A program made the translations under genes and the position numbers. DNA of 57,186 nt, filler included, from Catajapyx aquilonaris (taxonomy: Eukaryota), in NCBI GenBank assembly GCA_000934665.2. It is 2 parts of 2 records of this genome, joined end to end, with 100 filler letters (N's around TTAATTAATTAA, not from the genome) between each part and the next. Parts side by side here need not be neighbours in the genome. Positions count along the whole stretch, not along the records: positions 28,646 to 57,186 come from KZ539246.1; 1 more part is not named here. One strand, written 5' to 3'. Within the stretch, counting starts at the first letter, position 1; each line of letters opens with the position of its first letter. Below the pieces are notes generated by a model that saw only the letters and a program-made list of their open reading frames with translations, was not told the DNA's origin and made no database searches. Positions 33,342 through 47,200 of the stretch are shown here, piece by piece.

Positions 33342-34619
33342 TTATTTCATAAAATATATCTGGTAACTTGTTATAAATAATTATCTGGATATTAGTTTTT
33401 TTTGCACACAAAAATTGTTTTGAACGCATAAAGTGGGTTTCGCAATTGATTGTGAATTTCAACATAAATTAATGAATACAATAATTATTCCCAATTTATG
33501 ATCAGCAAACTATGGCTTATTTATCTATTACGCCAGCCACGTTGAAAATGTAATTTTGAATCCAGCAGATGCATCTCCAATATTTACTCTTCTGGCTATT
33601 CATGGGTACATCCTCGTAATATAAACTACCCAGTTCTTCAATCTCTCTCGCAATCTTTTTTTTTTTTTCTTACTCCAAGCCCCTTTTTTCACCTTCCAGT
33701 TCTCCAATCTTTCTAGTCCAGCATAAAAAAGGGACGAAAAAAAGAGGCAAGGACCTCCTTTAATTGCTCATTCACGTCACTCGAAAGAGCTAATGAATCT
33801 CTTCGGAGCTCTTCCCCAGAAGATAAGAGAGTGGTGCTTGCTGCCCTAACGGCAGCTTGATCTTTCATCGACCAGGCGAAAAATTAGAGTTGGATGTTTT
33901 TAACACAAAAAAAAAACTCAGTTGGGACAGACATGACCCAACTTCATGAGCCACCCATACGTTCACCTTCTTTATTTCACAAGAGACATAAGTTCTGTAC
34001 TTTCCTTGAGGCAGTCCAGACGTGCAGATTTTTCCTTGCCAGAAGCTGGAAAGAAGTCATACAAAATTGGAAGTTGAAAACGCTGCCATTTCTCCATCAG
34101 ACGTCCCTTTGGATTATTAACCAGGCTAACACGACAGACATGTAACAGGAGGAAGGTCTCTAAGGTTTGCCGTGATCGACGCCTGCTGTTCAAGCCTATA
34201 TATTTTTTGGCGAATCCAAAAAGAAAGGAAAAATGGAGTTGAATTGAAAATTTTAGTACAGATGGGAATGCTTTGAAACACGAGTGTCCATCATTATCTG
34301 TTAGGCAAATTATAGGGCGAGTGTTTGATGTTGCAAATGGAAGGTTAATTGGATTGTTTCTTGGAGTTTTCTTACTTGGAAAAATAACATGGGTTTCATC
34401 TGACAATTAAGGGGGTTGAATCCGCATGAAAAACAAGATACAATTATCCTAATTTGGTCATGTATCCGTCATGTCCAACAAAAGGTCATTAAATTACACG
34501 AGATATTAGAAAACTAATATTACCAGTGGCCATATTAGTTTCCCCCACTTGATTTACAAATGTACTTTTATTCACTCACATGTTCAATAATGATCACAGG
34601 CACTTTCTCTCGCACGTAC

Positions 34620-35100
34620 TTATAATCTTGCTATACTCAAACACAACTGGGGAGGGTTTTCCGAACACAGACCTGTTTCCTGGCGTAGACCTTGCTTTGT
34701 GATGGTGGAATTGAGGTCCTGGAAATGCAAATGGCGGAGAGCCGAACAAGGTCCTCCACAATTGCTATGCAAGTGCGCGACTTTGAAAAGGGAGGTAAGG
34801 GGGTAGAGATAGAGGGGGGCGGTATACACACAGCAGACGGAGAAACAAAGTTCCAGTCTGTTCCAATTTGATCCCAGCTGGTGCTACGCCACGACAGGGC
34901 CTGTCTGGCGGAATTACGCCTCCTAAATTACGGGACGTCCGATCGTGTCCATCTTGTCCCCTCCCAGAATGTCCTAGGAGGAGTATATATGGAAATTTTC
35001 CCACTTGGCCTTGGCACCTCAGTTCGTGACTTGGTCGACCCAGAAGAGGCTGAGGTACTAATCCTGATGGAGAAAGTGGTGCAAGTGCATCAGCCATGTG
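34620..35100 (-). mobile_element. Decayed non-LTR retrotransposon, APE endonuclease remnant
   Basis: RTSRNLGGV, LFLRLLCVYRPP and IAIVEDL resemble the APE motifs GGGV, VYRPP and IxGDFN; frameshifted. Confidence 0.5.
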
Positions 35101-37916
35101 TGTCCAAGTCTTAAGCGATTACACTTCCACTTTCAAGGATTAGAAGCTGGGAAGGATCTGGTTTCACTTGTCTTGAAGTCATGCATACCGGGTATGTTTC
35201 CATATGTAGGAAACTCCTATTTTTACACACAAATTGGCTGAATTGGAAGACCATGCAAACCAATCCGATTTGCCTGGATGTCTGGAAAACCTGTCAATTA
35301 CATGGCGTCAACAACCCTGTCACGGGTTATAAACATAAAATTTACCAAAAAAAATGAATAAATCACAGCCGTTTCTCGCACTGCACCGTTGTATTATCTT
35401 CGATGTTGAATGACGACACAGGCCTTAAGCAGTCCTCCCACGTTGTACCGGTACTGCTTCCTCTTTACTCACCCTTAACAAAATAACCGCCGCAATATGA
35501 GATGTGTACGTACATTTTGTGGACATTTTTGGCCCACGGACCTTTCTGGTCCGCCAATAGGGAAAATACTGTCTGGACTATCCCGGCCACCTTATATGTT
35601 GTTTAGTCCTTCGTATACGAAGTGGATGGACGTAAAAATGTGTCGGGCCGGGTCTCATCACAGAGGCCAAAGTCGCCATACAGCAAGACATAAGCTCTGT
35701 AAAAGAATTGTCTGGTGCAATATGCTGGTAGAGGCGCTGTTTTCCTCCATTGAGCACTCTTTAGAGTCGTGCTTATATGCACGGCAATGACCCTGTAAAG
35801 AAAAAAAGACAATTCTGTACTCCACCAAAAAAAAAAAGTTCTAATGAACTTCTTTTTTCAAAGGCAAGTTATGATTATCATATTCAAATTACTGGAGGAG
35901 GTTATTGATTATGGTAATGCCTTGTTCGTAATTAGTGCGCCATTATTAAGCAGTATAAGCAGTGTTAACTCGAGTATAGACGTTATTGCTTATTTTATTA
36001 TACAGATGTGAAGTACAGTACATCACATTTCAATATATGAAGTTATATTTGAACGAATTTAATAAGACTTGACGCTCAATATTTTAAGCTCAGTTAGTGA
36101 TTCGTCCTGCAAAAATTCATTACTCTCCAGCATTTTCAGCGGCTGGCTATGCTCACGTAATTTTGACTGACACCACCCTTGCCAGCCGTACAATTTGATT
36201 ACGATTTACTTTGAGGAGCTTAGAAAAAACTGCACCGAAATTCACCCATCAACGCACCGTTGACGTTACAAAAAACCAGAGCATAGAACCGACCCAACTA
36301 TTTATATACCATTTGTTCCACAAACCGCATAAGCCTGTAGAATTAGGTGCTAAACATGCCACTATGAAACCCCCTGGAATGAAATTCCATATTAACCTTT
36401 GATGCCCAATATGTAAATGCGGTGTAATCTTGCCACGTGAGTAATAATTGCCGCGGGACCCAGCCCCATTATCAAAGTAACCCCTGGATCGCATTTGATG
36501 ATGCAACCCACCTTCGTTCCAACGCAGTTAAAGGCCAGATTATAAGGGCAAAAGGAGGGAGAAGCAACTACCATCACTTGGCTATCAATCCCCTCAAAAT
36601 CCCCACGCCCCCTTCATGCAACTTTAAGGTAGCTGCAAGATTAATACTGGCCAGCAATTTTCTAGCATGGTAGGGAGTTTCAAATCGCTTCGAGGTTGGT
36701 CATATAACTTGTAATGGCGGCCTGTAAAGTGAAGAAAAAAAAATTAATTGTAATGAAGACTGACCTGCATAAGTGGTCCAGCCATGCGATCCAGAAATTT
36801 TTGGGAAAACTGGGCAGTACTGGATCCACATTTGTCTCTGACCACACTTTTGCTGCACTCCAGGTAGCTTCTGAAAGAGCTGTTGAATAAGAGCAGATAA
36901 TCAGTGCTTTCACAAACCATAAATTTTCAGTTTACTAACAGAACTCACTCGTCAATTATTCGCTTTAATAGAGAGCGCTGAATGATTAGTCCCCCTATTC
37001 AACGGTCAGTCACGGAATTTAATAATAGCTTGATCCCTTTGACTCTATTAATCGATACTTTACCAAGGGCTGTTCAATAAGCCTATTAAGTACAGTCCTA
37101 TACTGTAACAATACACAACATCTATATTGAAAAATTTCAATATCCAGCAGGCAGTACTGTATAAGCGTACAAATTTATAGTGTCCAATACTTCCCTAGAC
37201 AAAATCGATCCTTGTGACACGAATGTCACCAACCTAGCCGAGGATTCGAACCGGTATCAAAATTACAAAGCGAGGAGATTCGCCCTTTGGTATGCTGCAC
37301 GGTCCCACCAGCCTCCTGAGAGTAACAAGACAGCTTGTGTGCATGTGTGTTCCCTATAGCAAGTGGATGAACTCAGGGTGTCAAGAGCTGTTGAAAAGAG
37401 TGAAAAGACTCCTTCTCAACGAAAAAATAAACTTACCAGCAAAGGGTGCACACCTTCCTTTGGCTCTCTTCATCCGAAAGAGAATCCTGGTCGCCTGAAA
37501 TGGTGTTCAGCTCCCGAATTTTCAACTGGTAAGCATGAGCACACGCCTCGTAGCCATCTTGAACCATCCGCATACAAGGAGCATGACGCAAAAATTCTGC
37601 AAAGAGCCAATAAATCAGCGCACTTGCAAAATATTTGGCAGAGGATATTCACCCTTCCATTGAATAAAGTGGTCCACTATTTTTAACCCATGTTCGAAGG
37701 TTCAAACTGATGGAACTGGCGCCTTGGTCTGGAATTCAAACAGATGCCCTCCTCGACTAAATAAACATCCGTTGGAGGTTGGTTGACGTCAAGGTTGGTT
37801 GACGTCTACTAGGAGCACCTAGATAACTCTTGTCTTTCAGCTGTCTAATTTGGTGGAGTGCGGAGGGTCTCAGTTCTTAAAACTTCACTTTCTTCCCACA
37901 GGTCGAATCACCTTCT

Positions 37917-38215
37917 TCTTATACCTTATACCTTACACCTTATACCTTATACACCTTACACCTTATACCTTATACCTTACACCTTATACACTCTTAACCA
38001 TTTACCTTCTCTAGAGAGGGTAAGAAAGTGGCCAATTTTTACCTTACATTGTAGGGTAAATATTCTTGGGTAAATTGATTCTAAGGTAAATTTTGCATGT
38101 ATTACCTTAGAAAATAGAGGATAAAAAGGGCCTCTTTTTTACCCTCTCTAGAGAAGGTAAATGGTTAAGAGTGTACCTTACACCTTATACGTTATACCTT
38201 ATACCTTATTCTTAT
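37917..38215. repeat. (YACCTTA)n heptamer repeat split by a MITE
   Basis: Repeated TACCTTA/CACCTTA units on both sides of 37989-38173. Confidence 0.85.
37989..38173. mobile_element. 185-bp MITE with CAC...GTG termini and TA TSD
   Basis: TA|CACTCTTAACCATTTACCTTCTCTAGAGAGGGTAA ... TTACCCTCTCTAGAGAAGGTAAATGGTTAAGAGTG|TA, perfect 35-bp TIR. Confidence 0.9.
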
Positions 38216-41200
38216 ATGGCAGAAGGGTATACCATCATATTTCATCCCAGAGGCATGAAACGACTTCATTAAGGCCTCTACGAGTCTGGCTGCCTCTGAC
38301 CAAATATAACACCCCCCCCCCCCCTCTCTCTCTGCTCTTTAATAAACGGGGGGTCCAGCTTCGTAAGGGACAAGCGTAATCCTTGTCGCAGTCCAATGGA
38401 AAGGCTTTAGGGGTAGGGAGTGATGGGAGGTGTGGGGAGGCTTCATCCCTCGTTCACACAAGAATCGAGCTTTATGGGAGGATGCGAAAGGACCGTAAAG
38501 TGGCCCCCATACCGGTGGATGCATGCCTCGCCTTCGACACTTATACCCACCTTTTTTGGTTATGGTGCCTGGAGGATTAAAGGATGGTCGGTTAAGCTGA
38601 AGTTATTTCAGGCTAATGTAAATACGTTGCATGAAGCCTGGCCAGGTGGTCTTGTATAAACTTTTCAACTACGGTATATGTATGGTGAGTGCACAAGGCC
38701 TGAAGGTGCGAATCATTTCGTTTGTAATTTTTATGAAAATGCACGTCATGCTAGGTATACATGGGGATGTCTACGCACGGTTGCATGTTTTTATTATGAG
38801 TGTCGTTGTCAGAATATGGTATCATATTACTTATTCAGTATTTTTAAAATATATATGAGGAAACCATGATTGAAGTCATTATGACAGCCACAGCCACATT
38901 CTGAGTGTAAGCAACTAAAAATAGGTAAATCTATATTTTTGTTACTAACCAACCATGATAGAGAAAAATTCATCTATATTTTATGCAATTAACATTTAAA
39001 AATTCACATTTTCCGCTAGTAGCAATACTCACACTATGAATTTAAAATTTTGCACACCTTAGCAATGAATATAAAATATCATAATCCAGAATCACAGTGA
39101 TTACTCCGGCTAGTGCACCCTAGAATCTCAGCAAATATTAATTTGTACCCATCGCTCCTGAATCCCAGATAAGGCCCATTGAATATTCAAACAATCTTAC
39201 CTCTAATTAATATATCTAATTAATTAAGCCCATCCCATTACATAAGCTCTCTCAATATCAATACTGACATTCACAGCTCATCCATCAATGTTAAGGCAGA
39301 TGGAAGCTTCTCCAGCAATGCAAGGTAAGGACGCCTCGTTCTCCCGAGAGTCTATTGGGGGCCTTCACATATATAGACTCCTTTTGGACGTCCCCTAACC
39401 CCCCCTTCCCATCATCTACCCCCCACCTCAGCACCCCTCTTTTCTAGGTCCGAGCACTTTCAACTTGTACGGCCTGCTCTCCTAGCCTTCCATCTTGCTT
39501 ACAGCCCTCCTTATTGATCTGGACACTCTGTCCATTTCCTCTTTTTTTGCTTCACCTTTTTCAAGAAAAAAATTTCCCACACCTACATTTCTGTCCATTT
39601 ATGTTTTATATACACAGGTTAGTTGGAACGAAAGTCATGATTTATTATTGGAACATGTTGAGTGTTCCGGATGGTGTCTGGAACACTTATGGGTGGTACC
39701 TGCGTATCGATCTGTGTCGTTACCGAGTATGTGTATGGTCCAAGTGGGGCCCCCCCAGGAAGAGCAGTCCTTTCTATTCAATTATCGTGGGCCTCCGATG
39801 ATGTGAAGTGATAAACCCGGTTTTTGTGTCGGTAATAAAACTCCATTCGGCGCGGCGGTAAATTTTACAAGCAGTTAAAACACACATGCTGGGCAGTAAT
39901 ACGAGTAGTAATTGTTTTGCTTGATTAGTTCATGCAAGGTAGTAAAAGTGAGATAACTAATGAAGGAATCTTTCAAGTAGTAGAAAGTAGTAATAGTAGT
40001 AGTGTCTGCGGTGAAAGTAATTATGTCATTGTGAGGCAGACCTAATCATTGAAGTCACTCTTTTTTTTCTACATTAGATTGCAAAATAATTCATCGTTGA
40101 TGGAGCCGTAAAACCCTTTTAACCTCCTAATCGCAACCGATTCCCTCCTTCGATTCTCCAAAATCTAAAAGTGGTCGTGAGGAAATTGCCGAAAATTGAA
40201 ATCGATTGCTTGGCAGCTGCTTGTAGACCTAGCCTATCGTGAAAAGATTAAGAAGGAAATGTCCGCCTTAAGGAATTTTCTTCTTGTTTCCAGGCTGTCC
40301 TTTAAATGTTTTGCTGCAGAATAAAACTATGTAAAAAAAAATGGGTCTGTCATGATCTTGCAACTGGCTATCAATTCTTCAGCTTTTGATTCGTCTACGA
40401 TTGTCCTACTGACAGAGATGACGCCCCCAAATAATAGGACTGTCATGTGGCTGCGAAGGACTTGGGTGTGCAATCTTGAGATAGGGAAACGTTACTGTTC
40501 AAAATGGAAATTGGGATTGGCTGTGGCGGATTTTTCTTTTACAGTAAAAAAACAAATGTTGCTTCTGTAATGCTGTGTAAAACACAAGCTGTTTTGTTTT
40601 CATGGAAAATGCAGCATTATTGCACTCCGTAGACTCCACTGCAATGTGCTATTTACCTTGAATTCATTTGCGTAATATGTGGCACATTTCACTGCAGGAT
40701 TTAAAAATGCAATATACTTTTTTGCTTTTACACTCCCACATATTTCGTGCCATGAGGAAACAAAATAGTACATGAAGTGAGGTAAGTTGCATAATACTGG
40801 TTGTGTGAAAATAGAAATCCTTGCTAAGTTTAGGAATGAGCTATACAGGGTATATTTCTTGAAGGTAGGGTAAAACTGACAGTACTAACAAGGCAAGGTC
40901 ACGGGGTGATAATGACGGATCTTGATGAAATTTAACATGCTAATACAGGACAATATATGATACCCAAAAATGAAATATTTCGTTCGGAGGCCCATATTTG
41001 CAAATGTTATGACGTCTTAAAGTTTAGTAACCAACCCACGAAATTTATCCTCATCGTTAGATGTCCCACAAAGCAGGTTGTTCAGAGGGTGGCATAAGCA
41101 ACAGGAAAGCAGGCCAAATAAATTTTGAGGCTCTATATTCTGACCATATCCTAAGGCGATATTGTATGAAAATGCTTTAATCCCTCAACCTCACTGTACA

Positions 41201-44200
41201 GGCCTCATCAAGCATACCAAGATGCAATTCGACACAAACAGTGCTTCGCATGCTTGAATTCAGCCCAGAATCCGCAACTTCTTCGCTGCACTTAATTGTG
41301 GGTACTGTAGATTCATCCGGCGTACAGGATGTGGACTATGCCATATACGTGGTGCCTACACCCCTTTCTCCTCTGTGTGGGAGTGGATCCTCGACCCACC
41401 AGCACATTCAACTGCCTCCACCACAAAACGACTTCCTGTAATTCTAGGGACCAACGGTCATGCTAAGCTCTCTTGCTCGCTGGAAGGTCCACCACTTAGC
41501 CCAGCGACCTTTTGGAAAATAAACGCCCGTCCCCCTCCAAAACCACGGCTAAATATTATCAACCCTTACCGGGGGCCCACCCGAATTCGTACCCACCCGC
41601 ATACAAATTGAGACTCCGGGGCTTGTTCCACATCATGCCTCTTGCTTCCCTAATTAAACCCACCAACCAGTGCGGCCTCTTGCTTTTCCTGCCCAAATTT
41701 TCCCGAGCACACTCTTCACCCTTCAACCCCTGGCACCCTTGCCTATACTGCCCTATGTGGATGATATATGGGTGGGAGCTTCCATTTACTTGCATATTCA
41801 CGCGTCCACTCCATTGCATTGGCCCCTCAGGTTCTGTTGCATTACTGGTGAAACTTGCCACTTTCGATTGCTGAGCTTGTGCTTATTTAAGCGTCGCTTT
41901 TCAGTGGTATCGCCGACTGAGGCGGGGGAAGAATAAACAGAGAGCAGTTTCCATGATTCTGCCTGGAGCCTCTTGTTCTGTAGAGGCCCATGTACAGTGT
42001 TCACGAACCACAATTACTGCTGAGGTTGAGCTTAACAATCGCATTGTGAAACAGTCGGTGGTTAAATAATGCACCAATATTTGAATTATTGCCAGTGCAA
42101 TTATGATGGAATATCAATATTACCACAATGGTTCGCTTTCACCAGAATCTATTTATAAAAAACTATTATAGGTAGGGTATATTATCATATGCTCACCATT
42201 TTGATATTCGCCTTCTCGGCATAAATCCAGGATGACCTCGTTGGTCCCGGCGTAGATCGTGGAGAAATACGCTCGCTGGTTGGCTACCATGCAACGTAAG
42301 GTAAAATTATCCACACAGCGAAGTCCTTCAATCAGTTTCCTGCAACAGAAAGATATGCTTAGTTACACTCTGCAACAGTGCAGTGCTGAAAATTATTTTA
42401 ATGAACTACGTCATGATTTGCTTTACATAAATTATTTCATATAATTTGCATGTAGGCAGCATCACCTTGAATAGATGTTGCAACAAAAAGGCCGCATAAA
42501 ATGCCTACTTGCTTCTCCCAAATTAGTTCGTTTCCCTAATCTCACCACGGCCCTGAGGAGTAGCGTAGTTGGTGTATAGGTTCTCCATCCGGTTCCTTGT
42601 TTCCAGCACCAAAGAATAGCTTTGATGTGGAAACAGTCTCTTGGCAAGTTGCACCACCGCCTCATTCGCCCGAGTTCAAACCCATCTCTGACAAATAATG
42701 TGTTCCTTCAACGAAGATCGACAGACGCTGAAGTTAGATTTCCCACCGCATAACATGGCATGAAAGCAGACTTCTGGGTATAACCAAATAAGTCCCGGGG
42801 TGTGCCAAAACAGGAGAGCGTTAATGAAAGGCTTTCTTCCGGAGAAGTTGCGCCATTTCGCTTACAACTAAGAAACAGACTTGGCATTTATTTGTAGTTG
42901 AATTGTCGTTCACGATGTCTGCACTTGGAGGTAGGCCGCTGTGTAATTAGGATGTAGGTTTCTGGGCGTATAATACACATGACTTATGAATGAAGACGGG
43001 AATGCAGGCTGGTTTATGAAAGGGAAATATCTTATTGCTGTAATAATTGTTCAGTGCAGCAGAACTTGTAGCTTAAACTTGTGGCATCGTTGACGACAGT
43101 GTACTGTATTTCATACATTTCATTGCTGGTTCCTAAAAATATTGGTCTGGACTACGAAAAAATTTGAAATTGTAAATCACGAATATTTTTATCAAACTTG
43201 ACCCGTATATATACTACTAGGGATATGTAATATTTTACAAACAGAGCGTACCGTATATGTTTCCCTTGTGAACACAACTATGATTGTAACCGTTTCGCCG
43301 CGAGCTGACATAAATTTTAATATGAATTATATAGTTGATTACATTGTCATCAGTACATTAGTTTTTCATTGCGCATTAAATTTGAAGCTGCTCTCCAACG
43401 ATAATATTGAATTTCACTGGAAATGTACTGTATGTATGTCAATAACTTACAGTATCATAATGGCACAACTTTTGATATCAGCACATGAAACTGATATTTA
43501 CCTTTATAATAGCCACACTGTACAGAGCTTGAAATGTGACATAAATATTTGAGCGTATCGCTTACAGTCTCTAATGACCACTGAACTTCGCCCATGATGG
43601 AATAATATCCCCTCCAGTCTTGCTGTTGGAGACAACTTTATGTCAACAATCATCTCACAGAGTGAGCAAAATATAGCAATGTGAAGGGGACAGGAAAAGG
43701 TGTGTCCCAAGTGACTTGCCTCCAGTGATGGCTTGGCTAACTCGAACAAACTCCCACCGGAGCTTACCACTGCTTTGTGCTCAAAACTTCGTCCGAGGGA
43801 ATTTGGAACCGGAAAAAAAAGTCAGAGTTTGATAGCCCCGCATGGTTTCTAGTGGGCCAGAAAAACGCTGGCGTTTGCCTGACATCTTTGATCCGTCAAA
43901 AGCTCATTTCCCATTCTGGCCCATTCCAACCAGAAGTCTGCCTACTGTGCGCGCAACTAGGTTATCTGTTCATAAATGTTCGAGCACGGTTTTCTAGCCT
44001 TTTTTATAGCCAGAGTAAAATTAGAAGCGAGTATAATTTCAGTTTCCGTTGGTGGGAACAACGGCCATTTTTACACATATTCCGGAAATGGTCGGTTTAA
44101 TTTGGCGAAGCTTTTTCTCTCCCGATTTGGTCTCTTTTGCGATTAGCTAGGGGTCGGATTTCAAGCTACATAACTCTGCATGATATTAAATACATGGTGC

Positions 44201-47200
44201 TCCTGGGTGATTCAAACAGAGGAATTCGTGTGAAAATTGTTGGAGGTGAACAAACAAATGGCAGGCAAATGACCGTTGACGTTACAGGCGGGAGAGGATG
44301 AAGGTGTTGGAGGTGGACCACAGATGGCAAGCAAATGACTGTTGGCAGGCGGACAGACAGACAGACAGACAGGTCACAAACGGCTTTATTTATATAAGGT
44401 TAAAGATTAATGGATTAATAATTATTTAAAAAATATTCTCATCCCATGTATTGTATTCGGTTTTAAGACATACCAAGTTAATAATTCTTGACAGACTTGC
44501 CCTGCAGTCCCTCAATGGCACTAGACGCCAAGCCATATTTTACATTCTAAAACGTGCGCAGTCAAACTAAAGGAATGGCCATATATATAACCTTTAAGGT
44601 GAAGATTTCTGCTCTCATGTTCCACATAAAAAACACCAACACGATTCCAGTCACAGCCTCCTTAAGTAAATGACAATCCTTTTAAAACACAAGACTGGTC
44701 TGTACGGAACAGTTTCGAGTCACGTCCCCGACTATGAGTTTGAGTTGTGTACAAATCCATTCCGGGATCCGATCTTGGGGTATCTCGGAGCTGAATTAGA
44801 AGTCTTGGAGTCAAAGTAATGGAGAAAGGAAGGGGGATGATGCCAAAGGTGGGGAGGAAGGAAGGAGCAAAGGTGGCAAAGAGGAATTTACGAGGCCTGC
44901 CCAGGCTCCCGTTTGGTGTAATAAAGGCTTCTCCTGGGATCCCATTTCGCTTGCAAATTGAAAGAAATCACCCCAGGAGTTATCTTGGGGGTGGCGACCA
45001 CTACAGTGGGAGATGGGGATTAATACACGAGGGCTGCCCACTCAACCGGGGAATTCCCTTCCACTAAGGACTCAACCCCTGGACAAAATCGCCACTTTAT
45101 GTCTTATCTCCACGAGATGCTTCTCCTGCTGGATCCAGGTTCGTGTAAAAGGACTTGGATCATGTCAGGAAGATTTCACGAGTTACACAGCTCTGCGTTG
45201 TCACAAAGAGGCACTACAAAAAATGAGGCCATTATTATTTATACATAGAGATATAAGAATAAAACATTCCGGTCATATAGCATTTGTATCCCTAAGGGGA
45301 GAAGAGCGAAATAGCTATATGTAGCCTACTTTCTGTCACACATTCAGAATGAATGAACTATCTAGGTCGGTTTATTTAAACGTAGTAGCTATGCCAGAAA
45401 ATTTTACTTCATGATTCTACAGTATATACACACATCACATAGCGAAATGTTCAAGAACTCTACATAATATTAAAACCTTGAATTGCATCAGTATATTCAG
45501 GATAAGAGGCAATAACCCAAGCTGTCGCAGACTCGTAGTATAAAACTACGCGGGATCTATTGAGTAAGGCAAGATGCATATATAAAAAAAAAGTTCTGTT
45601 GAAAAAGTGTTTGGAAGTATCTCGCTCGACCGCGACGTAGTGATTATTTCTGGAGCTCGGCGAAGGCAGGATTTATGGGCTCAAAGCGTCGTTGCAGTTC
45701 CCCTATGCGTTTTCCTAAATCATAATTCTGAGTCGGGCCATGGATACATCTTGGTATTGAAGGACGGGACAGAAAGGATGATTTTCTGGGCCAAGTTGTG
45801 TACAAAAACATTTCAGCTGAGTGTCATCTTAATTTGACACATCCATCTTTTGTATATGGTCGTGTAATCTCCAAAATAAAATAAAATAATTAAAATTTCA
45901 AAAAATATATTGAAGTCATCAGTGCATTTGGTCTGCATAATGCATTGCTATTTGATTATTAAATAGTAATATGCAATGGCACTCAACCCACATTGGTTTA
46001 GTCGTGCAAGTATTCCCCAGTACCCTATTGTTTACCCATAGTTCACATCTCCGACCTAATTTCCACCACAATAGTCCCGCTTCTGACACCCAACGCTCCT
46101 GCAATTGTCAGCTACCCTATTTTTTTCGCCTAAAACGCCTAAACAAATGCACTTTAGTCATGAAAGCAGTGACCGCTCATTCTGTCCAGCTCACGTACAC
46201 AATTTTGGCAACCAAAAGACCTCCAGTTTTTTGAACGAAAAAAAAGCTCTACAACACTCAGCACTTCCCTTCCATTACCCAAATTGTGTCAGCTTTCAAT
46301 GCCTACCCCCTACCTCCCTATCCCAAAAGCCTAGAACCAGTTCCTGACCATAACAATAGCCCTCAAGCTGGAAATTACAGGACCTCTGGTGGCCATGTTT
46401 CTGTATACTTTCCAGATTCCTGCAACGGAACAAGCCTTTTGGACCAGGGCGTGGCTGTGGATAGAATAGAACGAAGGAGGTATAGGGTGGTGCAAAAAAA
46501 GAGGTTGCCTTGCTTCTATTCATTCCTACCGCGACGCTGGGCGACGCCGACGGTGCCCCAAAACTCAAGCAGTATTATGATCACGTCCCAGTTTAGAAAA
46601 GAAGAGAGGAAACTGGCTTTCCCTTTTTGCCTTCGGCTCAAAAGAGGCGACCTAGGCCAACTGCATATGTGTGCACAAACTTTGGGGAGTTTCAGCCACA
46701 AGAGCACTTGATGTTGGGGGAAAAAAACATGTGGGTCAACTTCAAGTAAGTTACGTTGAAAAGCTATGTTACGTCATATACTGTTGATCTGAAAACTGAA
46801 ATTATCTGTTTCTCAAAATATTGGTATAACAAAAACCGCAAAACTTGTCAGAGTGTATCAAAGCCCTAGGCTAACTTAATAAGTGAAACGAATGTTTTTC
46901 TCCTGAACGTTTTTGCTCATTTGCAAATTGTTTCCTTCTCCCGCCTGTCGGCTCCATAAATATACTGCACTGTTGGGACCATAATTTTACTCGGAAGTTT
47001 AGCTAGGTTAGCGATAATTTCAGGTCGCTTGATATATTCAGGGATATGGCTATACACACACCGAGAAGGCTTTTTATATGTGTTATGAGTATGCACTTGA
47101 CATGAACACATATCGGAAGTCTATAAGGGCCACATAGCGCCAAGAGTTTCTATCCACTAAACTTTTTTTTAAGGAAAAAAAGTATGTAACATAGAAATTA